NCBI GenBank assembly: GCA_002683405.1
Contig: NYTH01000008.1
Span: 54,040-118,039, forward strand
Length of the DNA: 64,000 nt
Source: Salinisphaeraceae bacterium
Lineage (GTDB): Bacteria > Pseudomonadota > Gammaproteobacteria > Nevskiales > Salinisphaeraceae
Direction: 5' to 3'
Below are positions 19,876 to 28,237 of the stretch, in pieces (within the stretch, counting starts at the first letter, position 1; every line of letters starts with the position of its first letter). Below the pieces are notes generated by a model. That model did not search any database, was not told the DNA's origin, and was given only the letters and a program-made list of their open reading frames with translations. The position numbers and the translations under genes are program-made.

Positions 19876-21459
19876 CTAGTGCCTGAAGTGGCGAATGCCG
19901 GTGAACAGCATGGCCATATCCGCTTCATCGGCGGCCGCGATCACTTCCTCGTCGCGGATGGACCCACCCGGCTGAATCACGCTGGCGATGCCGGTGGCTG
20001 CGGCCGTGTCGATACCGTCGCGAAAGGGGAAAAAGGCATCCGACGCCATGGCGGCGCCCTTGACCCCGAGCCCGGCGTCCGCGGCCTTGTCGCAGGCGAT
20101 TCGGGCGGAATCCACTCGGCTCATCTGTCCCGCGCCAATCCCGATGGTCTGGCCGTCGCGCACGTAGACAATGGCGTTCGACTTGACCTGCTTGGCCACC
20201 TTCCAGGCGAAACGCAGATCGGCCAATTCGCCGTCAGTCGGGGCGCGTTGCGACACGGTTTTCAGCGTGGCTTCGTCCAGATCAACGCTATCGCTGTCCT
20301 GAACCAGCAGGCCGCCGGCGATGGGCTTGAGCTGCCGTCCGGGCAGTGTGGGCGCGTCATAATCGTCCAGCGTCAGGACCCTGAGGTTTTTCTTGCGGGC
20401 CAGCACCGGCAGACAATCGGGTTCCACCGCGGGCGCGAGCAGGATTTCGGCGAACTGGTTGTCCAGCACGCAGCGCGCCGTTTCCTCATCCAGGGGCCGG
20501 TTGAACGCCAGGATGCCGCCGAAGGCTGACGTGGGGTCCGTGGCAAAGGCGCGCTCGTAGGCCTCACGCAGCGTCGAGCCCTGCGCGATACCGCAGGGAT
20601 TGGCGTGCTTGACGATGACGCAGGTCGGCGCATCATCGAACAGTCTTACGCATTCCAGCGCGGCGTCGGCGTCGGCCAGGTTGTTGTACGACAGGGCCTT
20701 GCCCTGGATCTGCCGCGCGCCCGTGAGTGCGCTCGCCGGACGGCCGGCCGGTACGTAAAGCGCCGCCGACTGGTGCGGGTTCTCGCCGTAGCGCAGCGCA
20801 TCACGCTTGTCGAAGTGGAGCGTCAGGCGCTCGGGGAGGGGCGCGTCGTCCTCGGACGGCTGGTCGGGCGCCGCAAGATAATCGGCAATGGCCGCGTCGT
20901 AGGCGCTGGTCAGGCGGAAGCCCTTCAGGGCGGCACGCTGTCTGAATTCGGCACCGACAGCGCCTGCGTTGGCCTTGAGTTCCGCGACGAACTCGGCGTA
21001 GTCGCCCGGGTCGGTCAGTACACAGACCCAGCGGTGGTTCTTGGCGGCGGCGCGCAGCATGGCGGGCCCGCCGATATCGATCTGCTCGATGGCCTCCGGC
21101 AGGCTCACGCCGGGCTGGGCGATCGTCTGGCTGAAGGGATAGAGATTCACGACCACGAGATCGATCGGGTCAATCGCCTGCGCCTCGAGGTCGGCCTGGT
21201 CCATGTCTCGGCGGGCCAGTATGCCCCCATGAATGCGCGGGTGAAGCGACTTGACCCGGCCGCCCATGATTTCCGGCGCACCGGTGTGCTCGGCGACGTC
21301 GGTTACCGGCAGGCCGGTGTCCCGCAACTGGCGGGCCGTGCCGCCGGTCGAGAGAACCTGCACGTCGAATTGGGCCAGCGCCTGCGCGAGATCGGCCAGG
21401 CCGGTCTTGTCGGACACGCTGATCAGCGCCCGCCGGATGCGAATGGGGTCGGACATCAA
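19876..21459 (-). CDS. purH: Bifunctional AICAR transformylase / IMP cyclohydrolase
   Basis: 527 aa with '[11 protein letters not shown]', 'STGGTA', 'GGRVKSLHP' and '[13 protein letters not shown]'. Confidence 0.97.
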   Translation of the reverse strand: MMSDPIRIRRALISVSDKTGLADLAQALAQFDVQVLSTGGTARQLRDTGLPVTDVAEHTGAPEIMGGRVKSLHPRIHGGILARRDMDQADLEAQAIDPIDLVVVNLYPFSQTIAQPGVSLPEAIEQIDIGGPAMLRAAAKNHRWVCVLTDPGDYAEFVAELKANAGAVGAEFRQRAALKGFRLTSAYDAAIADYLAAPDQPSEDDAPLPERLTLHFDKRDALRYGENPHQSAALYVPAGRPASALTGARQIQGKALSYNNLADADAALECVRLFDDAPTCVIVKHANPCGIAQGSTLREAYERAFATDPTSAFGGILAFNRPLDEETARCVLDNQFAEILLAPAVEPDCLPVLARKKNLRVLTLDDYDAPTLPGRQLKPIAGGLLVQDSDSVDLDEATLKTVSQRAPTDGELADLRFAWKVAKQVKSNAIVYVRDGQTIGIGAGQMSRVDSARIACDKAADAGLGVKGAAMASDAFFPFRDGIDTAAATGIASVIQPGGSIRDEEVIAAADEADMAMLFTGIRHFRH

Positions 21460-21532
21460 GAATCCCTGAATGATGAAAGCCGGACGGCGACTGCCGTGGA
21501 CGATAGATTGCCTGCCGGGCGGGCGGCGCGAA

Positions 21533-21802
21533 TCAGCCCTTGTCTAGACCGTATTTGCGGAGCTTCTTGCGCAGCGTGGCGCGATTGATGCCCAGCACGC
21601 AGGCCGCGTGCGACTGGTTGCCTTCGCTGTAGCTCAGCACCGATTCGAGAAGGGGCTTTTCCACCTGCTCTACAACCATACGGTACAGGTCGGTGGGTGG
21701 CTCGCTGCCGTTGAGCGCGACAAAGTAGCGATCCAGGCTGTCCCGCACGTGGTAACTCAATGGACGGGTGGCAGAGGAAGCATCCTTTTTCGACTCGGCC
21801 AT
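21533..21802 (-). CDS. fis: Nucleoid-associated DNA-binding protein Fis
   Basis: 89 aa. C-terminal HTH 'GNQSHAACVLGINRATLRKKLRKYGL' and 'LYRMVVEQVEKPLLESVL' are unmistakably Fis. Confidence 0.93.
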   Translation of the reverse strand: MAESKKDASSATRPLSYHVRDSLDRYFVALNGSEPPTDLYRMVVEQVEKPLLESVLSYSEGNQSHAACVLGINRATLRKKLRKYGLDKG

Positions 21803-21933
21803 AAGCTGGATTGCCCTGGTTTATCGTTGTTGGTTGGCTCTTGCTGACACCGACAGCCCCATGGGACGGCTGCGCAAATGGACTACGGCGTCGGCTATTA
21901 AACCCCACTGTGATTACACGCGCAAATACGATG

Positions 21934-21971
21934 GATGACCGGCGGACGGACATGCGCGCCCGCCGGTCATC
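21934..21971 (-). terminator. Strong hairpin (12-bp perfect stem, 14-nt loop) after the TonB-like gene; probable terminator or attenuator upstream of fis
   Basis: gatgaccggcgg (21934-21945) pairs perfectly with ccgccggtcatc (21960-21971). It begins 8 nt after the stop codon of the 21979-22920 gene. The downstream U-tract is weak (TATTT). Confidence 0.5.
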
Positions 21972-21978
21972 AGGCGAA

Positions 21979-22920
21979 TCAGGAGGGGAAGAACTTGATC
22001 GGGTAGTTGCCCGTCCAGACCGGCACGTTCTTCGCGCCGAACTTGAACAGCTTGACCCGATTGATGATCTTCGACTCAAGCTCGGAGTCGTTCAGCTCGC
22101 TGCTCACCACGCTGGCGCTGGTGACCTCGCCGGACGGTGCGATCGTCAAGCGCAGCACCACCGTGCCCTGAAGCGCCGGGTTGCTGCGCAGGGCGCGCTG
22201 GTACAGCGAGAAGAGCGACGACTTGTTGCGGTCGAAGACGATCTGGATTTCTTCGGTGGAGCGCGACGCGCTGCCGCCCGTGCCGCTGCTGCCGGTGCCG
22301 CCGGAAACGGCGCCACCGCCCGACGGCGCCTGCACCTGAGTCGTGCTGCGGCCGGCCAGTGCCGTGCTACCGCCCAGCTTGCCCGGGCTGCCCGCCTGAC
22401 TCTGAATGCCAGTACTCCCGGACGAGCCCGCCTTGGTCACCAGTCGCCGCTGGTTGACGGCTTGGGTCTGGCCGGCCGACAGGTCGCGGTTGGCGCTGAC
22501 CGACCGGGCCGCCTGATTGTCACGCAGCGACTGCAGATCGTCGGCAAACGCCAGTACGCCCGTGTCTTCCGCCTTCACCTTGGCCGCCTTGGGCGTCTGC
22601 TTCGGTGTGGGCTGCGGCTGCGGCTCGGGATTGGGGATCGGCTTTTCCGGCGGCTTTTCCGGCTCGGGTTGCGGTTCGGGCTCGGGCGGTGGCGGCGGGG
22701 GCGGCGGCTTCTGCCGCTCGATTACCAGCTTGGCCACCCGCTCCGGCAGTTCAGGTATTTCCTCTTCGGGTGCCATGAACAATGGCAGCAGGGGAACCAG
22801 AACACCGAATACCAGAATCGGCAGCAGGACGCCGAGAAGGATGTTGGAGAAGCGCTTGTCCGCTTGCTCATCAACGCCCCAGGACATCCCGAGCTGAGGT
22901 GCATAGGACACTGCGCTCAT
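21979..22920 (-). CDS. TonB-like energy-transducer protein with an AgmX/PglI-type C-terminal domain
   Basis: 313 aa with one N-terminal TM and a Pro-rich spacer (aa 71-110, 'KPPPPPPPPEPEPQPEPEKPPEKPIPNPEPQPQP'). The C-terminus 'LYQRALRSNPALQGTVVLRLTIAPSGEV...NYPIKFFPS' fits the TonB-C-like AgmX/PglI pattern. 4-nt overlap with the upstream exbD. Confidence 0.8.
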   Translation of the reverse strand: MSAVSYAPQLGMSWGVDEQADKRFSNILLGVLLPILVFGVLVPLLPLFMAPEEEIPELPERVAKLVIERQKPPPPPPPPEPEPQPEPEKPPEKPIPNPEPQPQPTPKQTPKAAKVKAEDTGVLAFADDLQSLRDNQAARSVSANRDLSAGQTQAVNQRRLVTKAGSSGSTGIQSQAGSPGKLGGSTALAGRSTTQVQAPSGGGAVSGGTGSSGTGGSASRSTEEIQIVFDRNKSSLFSLYQRALRSNPALQGTVVLRLTIAPSGEVTSASVVSSELNDSELESKIINRVKLFKFGAKNVPVWTGNYPIKFFPS

Positions 22921-23435
22921 ATTCCGCTCAACTGTTCGTCTTGCAACACGGCCAGGGAAATCTGTCCGTATTCCGCCTGGGTACAGGTCAGCATGACTTT
23001 CTTCACCAGGCTGAAGGGCAGGTTCTTGTCGGACATGATGGTGATCTCACCCAGGCCTTCCTCAGCCATTTCTTCCTCGGTCGGCGCAGTGATCCGCTCC
23101 GGCGTGTAGGCCTTGAGCGCCTGGGCGACCGCAGGCAGGAACTCGCCCTCCGCGTCGATGGCCTCGTTGATGCCCATCACGACATTGCCCTGCACCAGAA
23201 TATTGTTCCGGCCAAGCATGACCACGATCGACTCGCGCGCGGGGGCCTCGGCCGTGGACTCGGGCAGTTCAAGCTCCTGGGGATCCGGCAGCGTTTGCAC
23301 ATCGGACGAATTCACCAGCAGAAAGAACACCAGGATGGTGAAGATATCCATGAGGGATACCAGATTGAATCCTGCTCTGGATCGATTGCGGCGATGATGC
23401 CGCTGCATGCGTCGGGCGCGTTTGGACTCTTCCAT
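22917..23435 (-). CDS. exbD: ExbD/TolR-family protein (paralogue b, TM Asp conserved)
   Basis: 172 aa. The basic N-terminus and TM 'FNLVSLMDIFTILVFFLLV' carry the conserved Asp. Confidence 0.85.
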   Translation of the reverse strand: MEESKRARRMQRHHRRNRSRAGFNLVSLMDIFTILVFFLLVNSSDVQTLPDPQELELPESTAEAPARESIVVMLGRNNILVQGNVVMGINEAIDAEGEFLPAVAQALKAYTPERITAPTEEEMAEEGLGEITIMSDKNLPFSLVKKVMLTCTQAEYGQISLAVLQDEQLSGI

Positions 23436-23438
23436 GGT

Positions 23439-23942
23439 TCAGGCTCCCGGTGCGTCGCCCAGGGCGATTTCAGGAAACAATTCCGCCTGGATGGTTTCGC
23501 CCGCCTTGTTCGGGTCGGGCTGTTCGGTGGCACGCACCGCATCCATAACGTGTACCAGTACATCGTAGGGCGTGTCCGGCTCCAGCAGCACGCTGGCTTC
23601 GGTTACATCCTGGTTGGATGCCTTGATCTGCTCGAGAAGTTCCGTGAGCGAGGCGTAGTCGTACCCGTCCTCGGTGTTCTTGATGTCGGCGATGCGCGTC
23701 TGGCCATCGGCCACAATGAGGCCTTCCTTGCGGACGATGACTTCCAGACGCAGCTTCTCCTCGGGCTCTTCCGTCTGCTGCGATGCCGTGGGCAGCTGCA
23801 GCTCCAGAATGGCCATGCGTGAGAAAACCGCCGTAATCAGCAGAAACGGCACCAGTATCACCATGAGATTGAGAAACGCGGTGATATTCAGTTCTGCGGG
23901 ATCCCGGTCCCGCCGGGCCCGCCGTTGGCGAACGCGATTCAA
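23439..23942 (-). CDS. exbD: ExbD/TolR-family protein (paralogue a, TM Asp replaced by Asn)
   Basis: 167 aa. TM 'LNITAFLNLMVILVPFLLI' aligns with E. coli ExbD 'INVTPFIDVMLVLLIIF' and has N at the Asp25 position. ATGA overlap with exbB. Confidence 0.85.
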   Translation of the reverse strand: MNRVRQRRARRDRDPAELNITAFLNLMVILVPFLLITAVFSRMAILELQLPTASQQTEEPEEKLRLEVIVRKEGLIVADGQTRIADIKNTEDGYDYASLTELLEQIKASNQDVTEASVLLEPDTPYDVLVHVMDAVRATEQPDPNKAGETIQAELFPEIALGDAPGA

Positions 23943-24592
23943 GCCTCGCTCCTGTCCCGATCTTCGTTAGCAAAAATGATGTTGGTCGACCGCACGGTCG
24001 CCATTTCCAGGCTGTCGATGATGCTGGTGGTCTTGGACGTCAGCACCGCGTGCAGCAGCAGCAGCGGAATGGCCACCATCAGACCGAAGGCGGTGGTGTT
24101 CATGGCCACCGAGATACTGGCCGACAACAGATCGGCCTTTTCGGCCGGGTTGGCGTTGGCGACAGCCGTGAACGCCTGGATCAGACCGATGATGGTGCCC
24201 AGCAGGCCGAGCAGGGTGGCGATATTGGCAAAGGTCGCCAGATAGTGGGTGCGCTTCTCCAGCCGCGGCATCGTGTCCATGAGGCTTTCCTCCATGGCCA
24301 TTTCGATATCGTTGCGGCGGCGGCTGGTGCGAAAGCGATCCAGGCCCACGTTGAGCATCTGGCCGACTTCCGCCTTGGAATCCGCGGTGTTGGCGCGCGC
24401 ACGCTCGTAATCGCGATCGTTGAGGATCGGCGCGAGCTTCTTCCATTCGCGGCTGTTGCGCGAACGGGCCATGCTCAGATACATCCATCGTTCGATGCCG
24501 ATGGCCAGACCCACGCCGAACACCAGGGCGATGGGAAACATGAACGGGCCGCCATTCTGAAAGAAACTGACGACGGTGTTGTAGGCCTCCAT
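23939..24592 (-). CDS. exbB: MotA/TolQ/ExbB-family proton channel
   Basis: 217 aa with three TMs. 'LATFANIATLLGLLGTIIGLIQAF' and 'SVAMNTTAFGLMVAIPLLLLH'. AAGGAGAA SD lies 5 nt upstream of the ATG. Confidence 0.9.
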   Translation of the reverse strand: MEAYNTVVSFFQNGGPFMFPIALVFGVGLAIGIERWMYLSMARSRNSREWKKLAPILNDRDYERARANTADSKAEVGQMLNVGLDRFRTSRRRNDIEMAMEESLMDTMPRLEKRTHYLATFANIATLLGLLGTIIGLIQAFTAVANANPAEKADLLSASISVAMNTTAFGLMVAIPLLLLHAVLTSKTTSIIDSLEMATVRSTNIIFANEDRDRSEA

Positions 24593-24682
24593 TACATTCT
24601 CCTTTGACTACTTGACGCTTGCGACCCGGCCTGGATGCCGTGTCGCCATGCTGGGGTTCCCGGTGCGCCGGTTGCGGCGCGT

Positions 24683-24958
24683 TCAGGGTTGTCGGGTTTG
24701 CTCGTAATACCGCAGACGTCGTTCGAACACCTGCGGGTCAATCGGTTCCAGCGGCTCGTCCACGAGACGCGTCGGGCCCGTGCCGATTTCGCCGGGTTCA
24801 CTCTTTTTCCACGGCACGATGGTCAACCCCTTCGGCAGTTCCTGGTTGCCGAAGATGTTCGTGCCCTCGGGCGATGCGTCCTGGGTCTGGCCGATGGCCA
24901 GCGGCGCAAACAGCGCCAGACCCGCGACTACAAACGCCGTTCCAAGTCGGTTATCCAT
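24683..24958 (-). CDS. Small secreted protein of unknown function (91 aa)
   Basis: Signal peptide 'AFVVAGLALFAPLAIGQ'. Same strand and operon position between the TPR lipoprotein and exbB. Overlaps the end of the upstream gene by 31 nt. No family recognised. Confidence 0.5.
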   Translation of the reverse strand: MDNRLGTAFVVAGLALFAPLAIGQTQDASPEGTNIFGNQELPKGLTIVPWKKSEPGEIGTGPTRLVDEPLEPIDPQVFERRLRYYEQTRQP

Positions 24959-25449
24959 AGCGCGACTTCCTCGTCCGGTTCGCCGGACAGTTCCTGATAG
25001 CGTTGATAATGTTCCAGTGCGGCCGCCGGCTGCTGCAGATAGATGTCATACAGAATGCCCAGGTTCAAATGGGCATCCCGGCTGTCACTCTTATCGGCCA
25101 GTGCCGCCTTGTACTGTTGCTCGGCCTCGGAGAATCGACCGGTGCGGCGGTAGATTACACCCAGATTGTTGTGGGCGGCAGCCAGTCCGGGCGAGGCGTC
25201 CAGCAGAGCCGTGAGCATCTGCTCGGCACTCTCCAGATTACCCGCCTGAAGCTCGCCGAGCGCCGCCCTGAAACGGCGCTGGTCTTCCGCGCTGGCCGGT
25301 GTCGATGCCGAACTGCTGCCGGACGATTCGCCCTCGGCCGATGACTCGTCCGCCGCGACGGGCGCCTCGTCCTTCGAGGGGCTCGAGGCGCAGCCGCCCA
25401 GCAGCAGCGCCAGGGCAATCGCGAAACCGGCTGACTTAAAGCTGTTCAC
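24928..25449 (-). CDS. TPR-repeat lipoprotein
   Basis: GTG start at 25449 gives VNSFKSAGFAIALALLLGGCASS, with a lipobox. TPR consensus in 'AAAHNNLGVIYRRTGRFSEAEQQYKAAL...AHLNLGILYD'. The 312-aa ORF extension overlaps the upstream gene out of frame and was rejected. Confidence 0.7.
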   Translation of the reverse strand: MNSFKSAGFAIALALLLGGCASSPSKDEAPVAADESSAEGESSGSSSASTPASAEDQRRFRAALGELQAGNLESAEQMLTALLDASPGLAAAHNNLGVIYRRTGRFSEAEQQYKAALADKSDSRDAHLNLGILYDIYLQQPAAALEHYQRYQELSGEPDEEVALWITDLERRL

Positions 25450-28210
25450 TGATTCGTTCCGTCTTTGCGAAGCGAACGGGCAGCAGCTTGGCCAGTTCGG
25501 TCTGGCTCTTGCGTACCCACTCGTTGTAAATGCCGTCGGCGGCCCGGGCCATGTTGGCCTGGTGGATGTCGATGGCCTGTTCCTCGAAGGGGAAGGCCTG
25601 CTCTTCCAGCAGCACTTCGTACTGGGCGGCTTCTTCGGCATCCAGATTACCCGGCCGCGGCGATTCAAGCAGATCACGCGAGAAGCGGTAGTAGAGCTGG
25701 CCGGTGCGATAGGTGGCGGCCGTGGTGATGTCCGCGATGCCGTAATCCGCGGCCTTGCCGTAGGCCGCGAGTGCGTCCTCCAGGCGGGCCTTCTTGACCT
25801 GCAGCGTCTGCCGCAGGGGGTTGCCCAGTCGCGCGCGGACAAAGGCCTCACCGCTTTCCTCGGCAAATTTCAGCTGTGCCTGAGCCGCGAGCGTACGGCT
25901 GCGTTCACTGCGCTGCGAGCCGGCGCCGGCGTCCAGCTCGATCAGTTTCTCGCGCCAGAAGTCCGCCTTGTCCTCTTCGCCGGTTTTGCCGTAGAGCGCC
26001 ACCAGCTTGTCGGCGGTCTCGACCTGGGTGGGGAAGGCGATGTCGTAGTCGTAGAACAGCGTCTTGTAGGCATCCACGGCCTCGGCGGTCGTGCCGGTTT
26101 CGGCGATCAGTGTGGTGCTTTGCTCAGCGGCGGCCAGGCGCTGCCCGGCATCAATGTCCTGCTGCTTGCTGATCGCCGCGTATTCACGTGCCGCGGCCCG
26201 TTTGTCGCCGGTGTCCATGTACAGGGCGGCCAGCCGCCGGGTGGCTTCAGGCGCCAGCTTGTTCTGCGGATACTGGCTGCGGAAGCTGTTGAGCTGATTG
26301 ATCGCCTGCGGCTTGTCTTCCAGGCGAATACTGGCGGCGGCGGCGTCATATAGCGCGGTGGCGCGAATCTGCGCGGCCGGTTCGTTGCTGGCCGGGATCA
26401 GTTCCTGCAGGCGCATGAACTCGGCGCGGGCCTGGGCATCGTTTCCGGCCTCCAGCTGCGCTTCGCCCTGTCGGTAGACCGCGGCGGCGAGCCGTTCGCG
26501 CAGCGCCGGGCTGTTGTCGCCGGGTGCCAGCGCAATCAGCTCGAGCAGGCTCGCCTCGGCGGCGGCGTAGTCCTTCTGGTCTTCGGCCGTGGCCGCCAGA
26601 ATGCGCCAGCTGTCGGCAACTTGCGTGGGGGTGGCTGCTGGCTCGTGCGCGATGACCTGGCGGGCGATCTCGCTGGCACCGGTCAGATCCTCGGCGCGGT
26701 AGCGGTCTTCGGCCAGCAGCGCCAGGGCATTGGCGGCGTCGGGATGGGCCGGGAAGGTCTGCGCAAAGCGTAGCGTGGCCTGTTCGACCTGCTCGTCGGT
26801 CGCCACGTTCTCGGCGGCCTTGCGGCGGGCCAGCAGCGCGGCATAGGCGGCTTCGCCGGCCTTGTCGTGCTCGCCCATTTCGTAGGCGACCTGGTTGTAC
26901 TGCTGCGCGGCGTCGTCGAACCGGCCGGCCTCGAACAGGACTTCACCGCGCAGAAAAGCCGTCTGCGGGACGTCATCGGCCTCCGGAAAGATTTCGAGCG
27001 CGCGGGCGTACCACTCCGCGGCGACGTCGTAATCCTCCGGCTTCTTCGATTTCTGGGCAGCCGCGTGATAGAGCTTGGTGATCTCGTCAAGCCACTTGTC
27101 CAGCCGCTCGCGCACTTCCGGCACGTCCAGCGGATCCTGACCGAACCACGGCTTGCGATCGATGCCGTAATCCTTGACGAAGATTTCCTTGCGTTCGAGC
27201 GCCAGACTGGGGAAGCCGCCCTGTTCGAGGGCCGTGATGGCGCCCAGCTCGAAACGCTTGGACTCGGGATGCTCCGGGTTGCGCTCCGCGAAGGCGAGGG
27301 CCGTTTCGGAGGCGTCGGTGTAGCGCTCCTTCTCCAGATAATGGTCGAACAGGCGCTTGTGGAACAGGTATTCGAAGCTGCGTGATTTCGTCTGGTCGAC
27401 GTACTCGGCCGGAGTCAGTTCGCCGCTGAGCTGGGCAAAATTCAGGATGATGCCTCGCAGGCTGTCCTCGGCCAGCTCCGTATCGCCCTGACTCAGACCC
27501 GAGGTGTCCAGATCGCCTGATTCGCTGGGCTGGCGGTCGCCCAGCATCAGCCGCAGCACGCTGGTGAATTCGTTGAGCGATTCGCGGTTGTTGCTGAGCT
27601 TGTACTGCGACCAGCCCTGCTTGTATTTGGCGCTGCGGTAGAAGGGCGTGGTGTCGCCCTTCTTGATCAGCCACTCGTAGTCGCGGGCCGCGCCCTCGAA
27701 GTCGCCGTCCACGAACAGGGCCTCGGCGCGGCGAAAGCGCGCTTCGGGGGTGTAGCGCGAGGCGGGAAATTCCTGGATGAGCGAATTCAGCGCATCCCGC
27801 GCCACGTCCTGCTCGCCTGCCAGATCAGCCGCCTGCGCCAGGTTGTAAAGCACATTGGCGCGGTTGATGCTGACCTGCTCCTGGGCCAGCACCTCCTGAT
27901 AGAGCTGCACCACCTTGCGGGCGCTGGGCTTGGGGTCGGTGGCGTCGGCCGAGGCTTCCAGCTCGGCCTGGGCCAGCCTGAGCATGATGCGCACACGGGT
28001 CGCCGGGTCCTGTTCGCGCGTAAGTTCCATGAGGCGGCGGTAGTTGTCCAGCTGCACCGCCGGATCGACCGCAACCGGATCCGACTCCTCGATGACGATT
28101 TCGCGATCTTCCAGGCTTTCCAGGGTAGGGCCCTGCGACCAGGCGGGCACGGCGAGACAGCTCGCGAACAGCCCGGCGGTCGTGAAAACACAGCAGCGTG
28201 AGACTCTCAT
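25436..28210 (-). CDS. Large periplasmic TPR-repeat protein (924 aa)
   Basis: Signal peptide 'AGLFASCLAVPAWSQ'. Many TPR-like helical hairpins run along the whole length (e.g. 'YTPEARFRRAEALFVDGDFEGAARDYEWLI', 'AEWYARALEIFPE', 'LAPEATRRLAALYMDTGD'). Confidence 0.8.
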   Translation of the reverse strand: MRVSRCCVFTTAGLFASCLAVPAWSQGPTLESLEDREIVIEESDPVAVDPAVQLDNYRRLMELTREQDPATRVRIMLRLAQAELEASADATDPKPSARKVVQLYQEVLAQEQVSINRANVLYNLAQAADLAGEQDVARDALNSLIQEFPASRYTPEARFRRAEALFVDGDFEGAARDYEWLIKKGDTTPFYRSAKYKQGWSQYKLSNNRESLNEFTSVLRLMLGDRQPSESGDLDTSGLSQGDTELAEDSLRGIILNFAQLSGELTPAEYVDQTKSRSFEYLFHKRLFDHYLEKERYTDASETALAFAERNPEHPESKRFELGAITALEQGGFPSLALERKEIFVKDYGIDRKPWFGQDPLDVPEVRERLDKWLDEITKLYHAAAQKSKKPEDYDVAAEWYARALEIFPEADDVPQTAFLRGEVLFEAGRFDDAAQQYNQVAYEMGEHDKAGEAAYAALLARRKAAENVATDEQVEQATLRFAQTFPAHPDAANALALLAEDRYRAEDLTGASEIARQVIAHEPAATPTQVADSWRILAATAEDQKDYAAAEASLLELIALAPGDNSPALRERLAAAVYRQGEAQLEAGNDAQARAEFMRLQELIPASNEPAAQIRATALYDAAAASIRLEDKPQAINQLNSFRSQYPQNKLAPEATRRLAALYMDTGDKRAAAREYAAISKQQDIDAGQRLAAAEQSTTLIAETGTTAEAVDAYKTLFYDYDIAFPTQVETADKLVALYGKTGEEDKADFWREKLIELDAGAGSQRSERSRTLAAQAQLKFAEESGEAFVRARLGNPLRQTLQVKKARLEDALAAYGKAADYGIADITTAATYRTGQLYYRFSRDLLESPRPGNLDAEEAAQYEVLLEEQAFPFEEQAIDIHQANMARAADGIYNEWVRKSQTELAKLLPVRFAKTERISEQL

Positions 28211-28237
28211 TGTCTTCGTTCTAGCCTGTAAGTCGCT

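Noticed and set aside
21934-21971. The 12-bp perfect inverted repeat as a MITE/IS end or recombination (att/dif-like) site.
   Set aside because: It occurs once in the window and has no second copy or target-site duplication. It sits 8 nt after a stop codon. An mRNA hairpin (terminator or attenuator) is the simplest reading.
22591-22710. Repetitive CCG/GAG-rich DNA inside the TonB-like gene, considered as a tandem or CRISPR-like repeat.
   Set aside because: It is in frame and encodes the Pro/Glu/Lys spacer typical of TonB-family proteins. There is no regular repeat-spacer periodicity.
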